64,000 nucleotides of DNA, from contig CAXXVS010000003.1 in NCBI GenBank assembly GCA_963674755.2, forward strand, positions 1,120,001-1,184,000, given 5' to 3'. The notes beneath the pieces were generated by a model, which was given only the letters and a program-made list of their open reading frames with translations, was not told the DNA's origin and did no database searches. This stretch comes from Desulfobacterales bacterium. GTDB lineage: Bacteria; Desulfobacterota; Desulfobacteria; Desulfobacterales; UBA5852. The position numbers and the translations under genes are program-made. Shown piece after piece: positions 20,646 to 29,155 of this stretch. Numbering within the stretch: position 1 is the stretch's first letter; the number at the start of each line of letters is the position of its first letter.

Positions 20646-22133
20646 TCAACCGCGCCAGCCCCCCAGACTCTGCCAAGGGGAGGGGGCGCTCGGGCCCGTA
20701 CCGGGGGTTGCGGCCGGCCGGGCTTTGGGCATCAAGGCATCGGCCACGAAAGCGGCCCGGGCCGCGTCGGGATTCGGCGCCAGCGGCGTCCAGGCGGCCA
20801 GGTGCTCCGGGATGAAATCGGTATAGGTGGCGCCCCGGCGAAACGCCTCATGGTCCAGGACGTCCCGCAGAAAGGCGATGGGGGTGCGCACGCCCAGGAT
20901 GACATAGCTGGCCAGCGCCCGCCGGGCCCGGGCTATGGCGGCCTCCCGGGTTTCGGCCTGCACCACCAGTTTGGCCAGGATGGGGTCGTATTCCACCGGG
21001 ACGTGCGCCCCGGCGTAGATGCCGGCATCGATTCGGATCCCGGGGCCCTGGGGGCTTTTCAGATAACGGATGATGCCCGGGGACGGCAGGAAGCCGCAGG
21101 CGGGATCTTCGGCATAGATGCGGCATTCGATGGCGTGGCCCCGCCCGGCGATGTCTTCCTGGGCGTAGGACAGGGGCCGGCCGGCGGCAATCCGAATCTG
21201 CTCCCGCACCAGGTCGATGCCGGTCACCATTTCGGTAATGGGGTGTTCCACTTGCAGGCGCGTATTGACTTCGAGGAAGTAGAAGCGGCCCTCCGGATCC
21301 AGCAGGAATTCCACCGTACCGGCATTGACGTAGCCGGCAGCCCGCGCCGCGCGCACGGCGGCCTCTCCCATCGCGGCCCGCAGCTTCGGTGTGAGGGCCG
21401 GGGAGGGGGTCTCTTCGATGATCTTCTGGTGGCGGCGCTGGATGGAGCATTCCCGCTCCAACACATGAATGCAGTTGCCGTGGCGGTCGGCCATGATCTG
21501 GAATTCGACGTGCCGGGTCTTGGGCAGATACTTCTCGATGTAAATTGAGCCGTTGCCGAAGGCCGCCGCGGCCTCCCGGCCGGCGGCTTCCGCCGCTTCG
21601 GCCAGCGCTTCCGGGGCATGCACGATCCGCATGCCTTTGCCGCCCCCGCCGGCAGCGGCCTTGATCAAGACGGGATAGCCGATCTCCTCGGCCGCCGCGG
21701 CCAGTTTCGCAGGGTCGGTTTCGGCCTGGAGCTGACCCGGAATGACCGGCACGCCGCTGTCCTGCATGAGACGGCGGGCCACGGTCTTGTCCCCCAGATC
21801 GCGGATGGCCTCCGCCGGCGGGCCGATGAAGGTGATCCCCTCCTCGACACAGCGGGCGGCGAAGGCGGCATTTTCTGCCAAAAACCCGTAGCCGGGGTGG
21901 ATGGCTTCGGCCCCGGCCGACCGGGCGGCGGCCAGGATGCGGTCCTGGTTGAGATAGCTGGCCGTCGGGTCGGCGGCCCCTACCAGCACGGCCCGGTCTG
22001 CCGCCAGGACGTGGGCCGCGGTCTCGTCCGCCTCGGAATAGACGGCCACGGTCTCGATCCCCATCTCCCGGCAGGTATGCATGATGCGGCAGGCGATTTC
22101 GCCGCGATTGGCAATCAGGATGCGTTTGAACAT
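20646..22133 (-). CDS. Biotin carboxylase subunit of an acyl-CoA carboxylase (MccA/AtuF-like)
   Basis: ILIANRGEIA, IHPGYGFLAEN, GGGGKGMR, ERECSIQRRHQK, LEVNTRLQVEHP; the longer track start runs into repeat A3. Confidence 0.95.
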   Translation of the reverse strand: MFKRILIANRGEIACRIMHTCREMGIETVAVYSEADETAAHVLAADRAVLVGAADPTASYLNQDRILAAARSAGAEAIHPGYGFLAENAAFAARCVEEGITFIGPPAEAIRDLGDKTVARRLMQDSGVPVIPGQLQAETDPAKLAAAAEEIGYPVLIKAAAGGGGKGMRIVHAPEALAEAAEAAGREAAAAFGNGSIYIEKYLPKTRHVEFQIMADRHGNCIHVLERECSIQRRHQKIIEETPSPALTPKLRAAMGEAAVRAARAAGYVNAGTVEFLLDPEGRFYFLEVNTRLQVEHPITEMVTGIDLVREQIRIAAGRPLSYAQEDIAGRGHAIECRIYAEDPACGFLPSPGIIRYLKSPQGPGIRIDAGIYAGAHVPVEYDPILAKLVVQAETREAAIARARRALASYVILGVRTPIAFLRDVLDHEAFRRGATYTDFIPEHLAAWTPLAPNPDAARAAFVADALMPKARPAATPGTGPSAPSPWQSLGGWRG

Positions 22134-22148
22134 GATGCCGTTTCCTTT

Positions 22149-22503
22149 TAGTTTTGATCTAAACTCGCCGCCTCCGGTGGAGGACCGGAGAGGTTCGGCC
22201 GATCCGGGGAGCTTTTTTATAATTGGAGCCTTCATTTTCTTGCACGTGCAAGAAAACGGAAGCAATCACGCCTCGGCGTGACAGGCTTCAAACGCCCGTG
22301 TCCCGCGGCCCCTGCGGGGCTGCCCTGCGCGTCCCGTCGGCGGTCGGACGCGCCGAAACTCGCCCCGCCTTCGCCAAGGCTACGGCGGGACTCAGACAGT
22401 CGCCGCGTCTTTTTCGCCCTCCGACGGGATGCTCGGCGCGGGACAAAGGGAAATTCAAAACCAAAATCTCAAAAGCCGTTTTCAAGCCCCCTTCGGAGAG
22501 GCC
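22149..22503 (+). repeat. Structured repeat family A, copy 3
   Basis: Shared blocks; extra hairpins ggcccctgcggggct and cccgccttcgccaaggctacggcggg. Confidence 0.9.
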
Positions 22504-22552
22504 AAGGGCCACGTAACGCCGATCTGGGGCCAAAAGACAATTTTGAGTTTCT

Positions 22553-24169
22553 CTACATGCGGAAAATCCCATACCCCGGCGCCCCATCCCGCAGGGGCGC
22601 ATTGAGGGCTGCGGATATGGACAGCCCCAGCACATTGCGGGTTTCGGCCGGGTCGATGATGCCGTCATCCCAGAGATTGGCCGTGCTGTAGTAGGCATTG
22701 CCCTCTTTGCGGGCCGCCTCGACGATGGGTCCCTTGATGGCCGCCACGTCTTCATCGCTCATGGGGGGGGCCCCGGCCCGGGCGAGCTGATCGTTTTTGA
22801 CCGATATGAGGACATCGGCGGCCTGTTCGCCGCCCATGACGCCGATTTCGGCATTCGGCCAGGTCCACAGGAAACGCGGGCCATAGGCCCGACCGCACAT
22901 GCCGTAGTTGCCGGCCCCGAAAGAGGCCCCCGTCATGACGGTGAACTTGGGCACCGTGGCCGTGGACACCGCGTTGACCATCTTGTGACCGTCTTTGGTG
23001 ATGCCGATCCGCTCATACTCCCGGCCGATGATATAGCCGTTGATGTTTTGCAGAAAGACCAGCGGGATGCCGCGCCGGTCGCAGAGCTGAATGAACTGGG
23101 TGGCCTTGAGGGCGCTGTCCGAAAAAAGGATCCCGTTGTTGCCGAGAATTCCCACCGGGTAGCCGTGGATGCGGGCCATGCCGCACACCAGGGTCGTTCC
23201 GTAGAGGGCCTTGAATTCGGTAAAGTCGCTGCTGTCCACGATGCGGGCGATGACTTCCCGCACGTCGTAGGGCGTTTTCAGGTCACGGCTGACGATGCCG
23301 TAGATTTCCTTGGGGTCGTAGCGGGGCGGGGCCGGATCCTGCATACGCAGGCCCGCCTTGTCGGCCTCCGGCAGGTTGCGGACCAGCTCCCGCACGATGG
23401 CAATGGCTTGGGCGTCGTTGTCGGCCATATAGTCGGAGACCCCGGACTCCCGGCAATGCAGATCCGCGCCCCCCAATTCGTCGGCCGTGACCTCTTCGCC
23501 GGTGGCGGCCCGCACCAGGGGGGGGCCGCCCAGAAAGATGGCCCCGGTGCCCCGCACGTGAACCGCTTCGTCCGACATGGCCGGGATATAGGCTCCACCG
23601 GCCGTGCACAGCCCCATGACCGCGGCGATCTGGGGGATGCCCATTTTGGACATGACGGCCTGGTTGTAGAAGATGCGCCCGCCGTCGTCCTCGTCCGGGA
23701 AGATTTCGCTCTGCAGGGGCAGAAAGGCCCCCCCGGAGTCAATCAGATAGATCGTGGGCAGCCGGTTTTCCATGGCGATCTTCTGGGCCCGCAGGGACTT
23801 CTTGACCCCCAGGGGATAGATCGTACCCCCCTTGATCATGGGGTCGTTGGCATTGACGATCACCTCGCGCCCCTCCACCACCCCGATGCCGATCACACTC
23901 CCGGCCCCGTGGACCTTGCCGTCGTACATGCCTTTGGCCGCCAGGGCGCCAATTTCCAGAAAGGGCGTGTTGCGGTCCAGGAGCAGCTCCAGCCGTTCGC
24001 GCACCGGCAGCTTGCCCACCTCCGCCACGCGTTGGCGCGCCTTGTCGGAGCGTTCTTCCCGGGCCTGCTTAAGGTTTGCTTTGAGATCCGCCACCAGGGA
24101 GGTCATGCGGGCGAAGTTCTTCTGGTACGCATCGGATTGCGTGTCGATCCGGGTCGCTATCACGGCCAT
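22553..24169 (-). CDS. Acyl-CoA carboxylase carboxyltransferase beta subunit (MccB/LiuB/AtuC-like)
   Basis: DSGGAFLPLQ, CTAGGAY, GGPPLV, GASFGAGNYGMCGRAY, WDDGIIDP. Confidence 0.95.
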   Translation of the reverse strand: MAVIATRIDTQSDAYQKNFARMTSLVADLKANLKQAREERSDKARQRVAEVGKLPVRERLELLLDRNTPFLEIGALAAKGMYDGKVHGAGSVIGIGVVEGREVIVNANDPMIKGGTIYPLGVKKSLRAQKIAMENRLPTIYLIDSGGAFLPLQSEIFPDEDDGGRIFYNQAVMSKMGIPQIAAVMGLCTAGGAYIPAMSDEAVHVRGTGAIFLGGPPLVRAATGEEVTADELGGADLHCRESGVSDYMADNDAQAIAIVRELVRNLPEADKAGLRMQDPAPPRYDPKEIYGIVSRDLKTPYDVREVIARIVDSSDFTEFKALYGTTLVCGMARIHGYPVGILGNNGILFSDSALKATQFIQLCDRRGIPLVFLQNINGYIIGREYERIGITKDGHKMVNAVSTATVPKFTVMTGASFGAGNYGMCGRAYGPRFLWTWPNAEIGVMGGEQAADVLISVKNDQLARAGAPPMSDEDVAAIKGPIVEAARKEGNAYYSTANLWDDGIIDPAETRNVLGLSISAALNAPLRDGAPGYGIFRM

Positions 24170-24181
24170 AATTATAGTCTC

Positions 24182-24859
24182 CTAAACCGGGTGATCGGTA
24201 CGCAGCAGGTTCTGGATGCCGCCCACGATGAAGGCCACCGCATCCCGGCCCACCGCGTCGAGGTCGGCGTGGCGGTCCTGCCAGATCAGATATTGGTAGG
24301 CCAGGCGTTCGAACATCCCCAGGATGCTGGCTGCCATGACTTCTTCGGCCATCGTGCTCTCAAAGGGACCGAGGTTGTCGCCAATGCTTTTGAGCGCCGT
24401 CATGAGGTCGTCGATCAGCTTGTCGAAGATTTTTTTGCGGTGGGCTTCCACCGTCTCGCCCTGGCCCACCGACTCCCGGAAGATCAGAGCGATCTGGTCG
24501 GGGTGGCGAGGGCAGAAGTCTTCAAAAAAGACCATTCCGGCCCGCCGGATGCCCTCCAGGGTACCGTCGGCATTCCGGAAAGCTTCGCCCAGCAGATTGC
24601 GCAGCTCGTAGCCGGTCTGGTCCAGCAGTTTCACCAGCAGGTCTTCCTTGTTCTTGCAGTAGAAGTAGACCGTCCCCACGGAAACCTCGGCCTCGTCGGC
24701 AATGCGTTCCATGCCGGTGCGGTGGTATCCCTCCCGAGCGAATAGCCGTCCGGCGGCCGCCAGGATGGTCTGCAGGCGCTGTTCGCGTTCGCGCTGCCGC
24801 CGCAGGGCGCTCTTGGTCGATGGCGTGCGGGGCTTCGGAGGGGCTTTCGGTTTCGACAT
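24182..24859 (-). CDS. TetR/AcrR family transcriptional regulator
   Basis: ILAAAGRLFAREGY...IADEAEVSVGTVYFY..NKEDL HTH; AGGAG RBS before 24859. Confidence 0.93.
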   Translation of the reverse strand: MSKPKAPPKPRTPSTKSALRRQREREQRLQTILAAAGRLFAREGYHRTGMERIADEAEVSVGTVYFYCKNKEDLLVKLLDQTGYELRNLLGEAFRNADGTLEGIRRAGMVFFEDFCPRHPDQIALIFRESVGQGETVEAHRKKIFDKLIDDLMTALKSIGDNLGPFESTMAEEVMAASILGMFERLAYQYLIWQDRHADLDAVGRDAVAFIVGGIQNLLRTDHPV

Positions 24860-24872
24860 TATCTCTCCTGTG

Positions 24873-25018
24873 TAGTGCCCATCCAGAAATGTCATCTTTC
24901 GGCCCCGGCCGGCGTTCTCGCTCTTTGGAAATCCTCGACGTAGCTCACTACGCCTGCGGTTTTCAAATCGCTGCGGTCTTGGCCGGAACCAAAATCTACC
25001 ATTTCTGGATGGGCACTA
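24873..25018 (-). repeat. Structured repeat family B, copy 3 (inverted)
   Basis: Perfect 19-bp terminal IR tagtgcccatccagaaatg/catttctggatgggcacta; core is the reverse complement of copies 1 and 2. Confidence 0.9.
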
Positions 25019-25096
25019 AGTATGGGCAAAGTGATATTCGTGTCATTTCTCCAGAAAAGACAAAACCTATATGTCGCCTGCCACGCAGGAGAGGAT

Positions 25097-26233
25097 TCAC
25101 AATCTACCTAAAGCCGCGTCCCCGATCTTCACCCGGGCAATCTCGGTGGAGATGCCGGCGATCTGGCCGTATTTGGCGCAGCGGTAGGCCTGCTCGGCCG
25201 GCCCTCCCGTCAGGTAGCCGCTGCCGGACAGGATTTGCAGGGCTTTCCCGGCCACGGTCTCGGCCGCCTCGGTGCAGAACACCTTGGCGCAGAGGGTCAG
25301 GACGTTGGCTTCCCGGGGGGCGTCGTCCGCCATCCAGGCCGCCCGGTAGGCAAAAAGCTGGGCGGTCTGGCAAAGGGTCAGCATTTCCGCGAGCTTGAAG
25401 CCCACCTCCTGGTAGGCGATGATGGGCTTTCCGCCGGAGCGGTGAGTCTTGGCATGATCGCGGGCCGCTTCGAAACTGCTCTGCAGCATGCCCAGGGCGG
25501 CGGCGATCAGAATCTGGTTTTCCCACAGCTTGAGCTGACCCAGAACCGTCTCCCCGTCGAGGGGTCCGATCACCCGGTCAGCCGGCACCGGACAGCCGTC
25601 CAGTTCGAGGCCGCAAATGGCAAGCCCGTTGTAGCCCATGGTGGTCAGACGGTCCGTCATCTTCAGGCCGGGGCTTGGCCGGTCCACCAGGAAGACGGCC
25701 AGCCCGCCCTCCAGGCACCCCACCACGGCCAGGCAATCGGCCAGCGGGCCGTTGATGACATAGTTTTTCGCGCCGCTGATCAGGACCGTGTCTCCCTTGC
25801 GAGTGCCCACGGTGGTCAGGGGATCGTTCTCCACGTTCATGGCCGTTTCCGAAAGGGCCACGGCACCGACGATCCCGCCTGCCGCCACCTGCTTGGCGAG
25901 GGCCTCGACCGCCGGCGTTTGTTCGCCCAGGCTCAGGGCGCGGCCGAACAGCCGGGTGCTCATCTCCACCGCCAGGAACAGTGAAGGCGAAACCGTGGCT
26001 AGGCGTTCCATGGTGGCCATCAGGGCCAGGGTGCCCGCCACCGGCGGGTCGGGCAGGGAAGCGCCGATCTTCAGGTAGCCCAGGGGGGCCAGGGCGGCCA
26101 GGACCGCGGCCAGGTTGCCGCGCACCGTTTCAAGATCGCCGGATTCCAGGTCGCGATCCTGCGCGAGCTTGCGCAACGCGCTGCCAAGCTCGGCAAAAAA
26201 AGCGGTTTCGGTTGCGGAAAAATCAAAATTCAT
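25097..26233 (-). CDS. Acyl-CoA dehydrogenase family protein, divergent
   Basis: GAKNYVINGP, KPIIAYQEVGFKLAEM, KALQILSGSGY; FAD motifs degenerate. Confidence 0.85.
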   Translation of the reverse strand: MNFDFSATETAFFAELGSALRKLAQDRDLESGDLETVRGNLAAVLAALAPLGYLKIGASLPDPPVAGTLALMATMERLATVSPSLFLAVEMSTRLFGRALSLGEQTPAVEALAKQVAAGGIVGAVALSETAMNVENDPLTTVGTRKGDTVLISGAKNYVINGPLADCLAVVGCLEGGLAVFLVDRPSPGLKMTDRLTTMGYNGLAICGLELDGCPVPADRVIGPLDGETVLGQLKLWENQILIAAALGMLQSSFEAARDHAKTHRSGGKPIIAYQEVGFKLAEMLTLCQTAQLFAYRAAWMADDAPREANVLTLCAKVFCTEAAETVAGKALQILSGSGYLTGGPAEQAYRCAKYGQIAGISTEIARVKIGDAALGRL

Positions 26234-26279
26234 CGGGTTCTCCTTACGCTGGCCTGTTTCTGGCGCTCGACGCTGGCCC

Positions 26280-27422
26280 TTACAGTAATTTCGAGATGAT
26301 CATCTTCTGGATTTCCGACGTGCCGCCGCCGATGGGTGCCAGGCGCGTATCCCGGAAGATGCGCTCCACATCGAATTCATGGGTGAAGCCGTAGCCGCCG
26401 TGCAGGGTGACGGCATCGTTGGTGATCGCCAGGCTCCAGTCGCCCACGTACAGCTTGGCGATGGCCGCCTCCAGGTGGTTAAGGGGCTTGCCCTGGTCCT
26501 TGCACCAGGCGATGCGGTAGACCAGGGTGCGGGCGGCCTCGCCAAAGATGCGGATATCGGCCAGCTTGTGCTTGATGGCCTGGAACTTTCCGATGGGCCG
26601 GCCGAACTGGACGCGCCCCCGGGCGTAGTCGGCGCATTTTTTGAGCAGATAGGTGGTCGCGCCCACGAAGGGCGCCAGCAGGGCGCTGCGGTCCCATTCC
26701 ACGGTCTGCATGGCGTAGAAAAAGCCCTCGCCCTCCTTGCCCAGCAGATTCTCAGCCGGGATCTCGCAGTCCTGGAAGACCAGTTCGCTGGTCTGGGAGG
26801 AACGCACCCCCATTTTGATGAGGGGGCGCCCCGGCGAAAACCCCGGCGTGCCCTTCTCCACGATAAAGGCGCTGATCCCGGCGTGGGCCTGCTCCGGGTC
26901 GGTCTTGGCGTAGACCACGGCCACGTCGGCAATGGGACCGTTGGTGATCCACATCTTGGTGCCGTTGAGGACGTAGCGGTCGCCGCGCTTCTCGGCCGTG
27001 GTGGTCATGGAGGCCACATCCGATCCGGCGTCCGGTTCGGAAAGCCCCATGCAGCCGATCCACTCCCCGGAGGCCAGTTTGGGAATATAGCGCCGGCGCT
27101 GGGCCTCGGTGCCGTTGCGAAACAGGGTGTCCGCGCACAGGAAGGTGTGGGCGCCGTAAGCCAGGGTCAGGCCGCCGTCCACCCCAGCCTCTCCCAGGGC
27201 CTCGCCGGCCAGCACCGTGGTGACCACGTCGGCCCCCTCGCCGCCGTATTCGGTGGGGAAGTGCATCCCCAGCAGGCCGAAGTCGCCCATCTTGCGGAAG
27301 GATTCGAAATCGAAGGCCTCCTTGAGATCATGCTCCTGCACCCGGGGGACGATTTCCTTTTTGGCAAACCGGATCACCTCTTTCTTGAACATGAGCTGTT
27401 CCCTGGTGAACGCAAAATCCAT
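26280..27422 (-). CDS. Acyl-CoA dehydrogenase
   Basis: GLSEPDAGSD, GTKMWITNGP, QFGRPIGKFQAI, LHGGYG, IGGGTSEIQ. Confidence 0.93.
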   Translation of the reverse strand: MDFAFTREQLMFKKEVIRFAKKEIVPRVQEHDLKEAFDFESFRKMGDFGLLGMHFPTEYGGEGADVVTTVLAGEALGEAGVDGGLTLAYGAHTFLCADTLFRNGTEAQRRRYIPKLASGEWIGCMGLSEPDAGSDVASMTTTAEKRGDRYVLNGTKMWITNGPIADVAVVYAKTDPEQAHAGISAFIVEKGTPGFSPGRPLIKMGVRSSQTSELVFQDCEIPAENLLGKEGEGFFYAMQTVEWDRSALLAPFVGATTYLLKKCADYARGRVQFGRPIGKFQAIKHKLADIRIFGEAARTLVYRIAWCKDQGKPLNHLEAAIAKLYVGDWSLAITNDAVTLHGGYGFTHEFDVERIFRDTRLAPIGGGTSEIQKMIISKLL

Positions 27423-27506
27423 CCTGTCCGTCCTTTCACCGGCCGGCGGGCCGTTTGGCGTGATGCGCGGGTCTGCGGCTGACTATTTTTGAAGGTGATT
27501 ATAAAT

Positions 27507-27604
27507 TTGAATCTTGTTCAACCAATAAATACCAGCATTAGAGGATTCACGTTTCCCTTGTCAAGCAAAATTCGAACGAAATTATAAAATTGAATTAAGT
27601 TCAA
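27507..27604. promoter_or_regulatory. Two palindromic TTGAA-N5-TTCAA sites around a minus-strand TTGACA (candidate TetR operators)
   Basis: ttgaatcttgttcaa (27507-27521), ttgaattaagttcaa (27590-27604), tgtcaa at 27559-27564. Confidence 0.5.
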
Positions 27605-27741
27605 AAACAGGGGGTGCGTGGCGTGCGGCGAGTCCGGGCGGTCATTCCGCGGCGGGAGAGAAGGAATTGCACCCGTTCCCCGGTCGGTCGGGCCGGGTCC
27701 GTTCAACCGGCTGAATCCGTATGATCCCCACCATTTTTTTG

Positions 27742-27770
27742 TTGACCCTCTTCCCGAAACAGTCTATATC
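27742..27770 (+). promoter_or_regulatory. Sigma70 promoter of tRNA-Asp
   Basis: TTGACC-17 bp-TATATC. Confidence 0.5.
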
Positions 27771-27785
27771 GTAGGTCTCAATTTC

Positions 27786-27863
27786 GGGGGTGTAGTTCAG
27801 TTTGGTTAGAACGCCGGCCTGTCACGCCGGAGGTCGCGAGTTCGAGTCTCGTCGCTCCCGCCA
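27786..27863 (+). tRNA. tRNA-Asp(GTC)
   Basis: gggggtgtagttcagtttggttagaacg ccggcctGTCacgccgg aggtcgcgagttcgagtctcgtcgctcccgcca. Confidence 0.97.
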
Positions 27864-27909
27864 CGAAAATAAAGGCCTGTTACCGGTTGGTGACAGGCTT
27901 TCGTTATTT

Positions 27910-28161
27910 ATGGCTTACACTGTTTACATACTGGAGAGTGAGCGCACGGGCCGATATTATGTAGGGTCGACGGCAGATGTGGAGGAGCGCTTGACCCGCC
28001 ACAACCAGGGCCGATCTAAGTATACGAAAAGCGGTATCCCCTGGAAGGTGGTCTACACTGAGCAATGCGAAACGCGCGCTCAGGCCGTACGCCGTGAGAA
28101 ACAGATTAAGGGGCGAAAATCGCGGGCCTATATCGAAGATTTGGTTAGAACGTCCCGCTGA
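27910..28161 (+). CDS. Small stand-alone GIY-YIG nuclease (83 aa)
   Basis: YTVYIL...YYVGST...RLTRHN..G.SKYTK...A.RREKQIK signature; start trimmed to ATG 27910. Confidence 0.92.
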   Translation: MAYTVYILESERTGRYYVGSTADVEERLTRHNQGRSKYTKSGIPWKVVYTEQCETRAQAVRREKQIKGRKSRAYIEDLVRTSR

Positions 28162-28203
28162 CCAGCGGGAAGGTCGCGAGTTCGAGTCTCGTCGCTCCCG
28201 CCA
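28140..28203 (+). pseudogene. Partial tRNA-Asp duplicate (D-loop to CCA) with the anticodon arm replaced by a different palindrome
   Basis: tttggttagaacg + tcccgctgaccagcggga + aggtcgcgagttcgagtctcgtcgctcccgcca; 28171-28204 identical to 27831-27864; no 5' acceptor strand. Confidence 0.92.
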
Positions 28204-28210
28204 CAAACAG

Positions 28211-28250
28211 AAACAGGGACTTAGAAGCGATTCTGAGTCCCTTGTTTTTT
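28211..28250 (+). terminator. Hairpin/terminator after the pseudo-tRNA
   Basis: aaacagggacttagaa-gcga-ttctgagtcccttgtttttt. Confidence 0.7.
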
Positions 28251-28429
28251 GCCTCAATTCTTGCGATTCCAACCCTATTTCCAACCCCCGTAAGTCGACG
28301 CCGCTTTGGTCTTAGGTCTTGATTTGATGGCGATCGTGATTTACAAATAAGTTAAAGTAATTTCATAATAACCTTCACTGAATTCCGGCTCGTTCAATCT
28401 TCCTTAGTAATTAGCTGTCATTTGAGGAT

Positions 28430-29155
28430 ATGATGAACAATACATGTAAAATGCCTGATATCGGCGATTCCCCTTGGGACTATCCAATGTATACCGCCGC
28501 TGAGGCGGCAAGGTTCGTTGGTCTATCGTCCGGTCGCGTGCGTAGATGGATAAAAGGCTACAGCTATAAATATGAGAAATCAGAAAATGTTTTTGAGGTT
28601 AAACACCAAAAACCAGTAATTAAAAGAAGTGCTCCGCCAGACTCATGCTATGCTTCATTTGTTGATCTGATTGATCTTTTGTTTGTTAAGCGTTTTTTAA
28701 ATTACGGCTTAAGCTTACAAAAAGTCAGGTCAGCCCTTGTAGAAGCAACTCAAATACTTGGTACGAATCATTTTGCCAGGGAATCATTTTTTACAGACGG
28801 AAGAAACATATACTTAGAAGTTAAAGAAAGTGGAGATGCCATATTAGAACTACTCTCCGGCGGGCAATGGGTTATTTCATCAGTTATCCGCCAACTTTCT
28901 CACCAAATCGACTTTGATCAGCCATGCGGTATTGCTAGAAGATGGTATCCATTAGGGAAGAATGGCCTAATTGTGCTTGATCCTGCAATTTCCTTTGGAA
29001 GACCAATTATTAAAAAGAAAAATATCACGACATTAAACGTGTATGATTTTTTTAAAGGCGAAAACGAAGATATCGATAGAGTTTCTAAATGGATGAACAT
29101 CAGCGAGAATGAAGTTAAGGCCGCCATTCAATTTGAGCAACAAATTGCTGCATGA
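28430..29155 (+). CDS. Putative antitoxin: HTH plus DUF433 (VapB45-like)
   Basis: PMYTAAEAARFVGL...VRRW, SFVDLI, FFTDGR, IVLDPAISFGRP, EVKAAIQFE; AT-rich. Confidence 0.8.
   Translation: MMNNTCKMPDIGDSPWDYPMYTAAEAARFVGLSSGRVRRWIKGYSYKYEKSENVFEVKHQKPVIKRSAPPDSCYASFVDLIDLLFVKRFLNYGLSLQKVRSALVEATQILGTNHFARESFFTDGRNIYLEVKESGDAILELLSGGQWVISSVIRQLSHQIDFDQPCGIARRWYPLGKNGLIVLDPAISFGRPIIKKKNITTLNVYDFFKGENEDIDRVSKWMNISENEVKAAIQFEQQIAA

Noticed and set aside
22985..24745. Long antisense ORFs (also 10425-11951, 12613-14139, 19259-20815, 51075-52610, 55793-57343, 60792-62564)
   Set aside because: Shadow frames of GC-rich genes on the opposite strand, with no recognisable motifs.
27802..27909. N-terminal extension of the GIY-YIG ORF in the track
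   Set aside because: It reads through the tRNA-Asp gene and hairpin; the GIY motif begins right after ATG 27910.
28140..28203. Second functional tRNA-Asp or suppressor tRNA
   Set aside because: The 5' acceptor strand and 5' D-stem are absent, and the replacement arm has no 7-nt anticodon loop.
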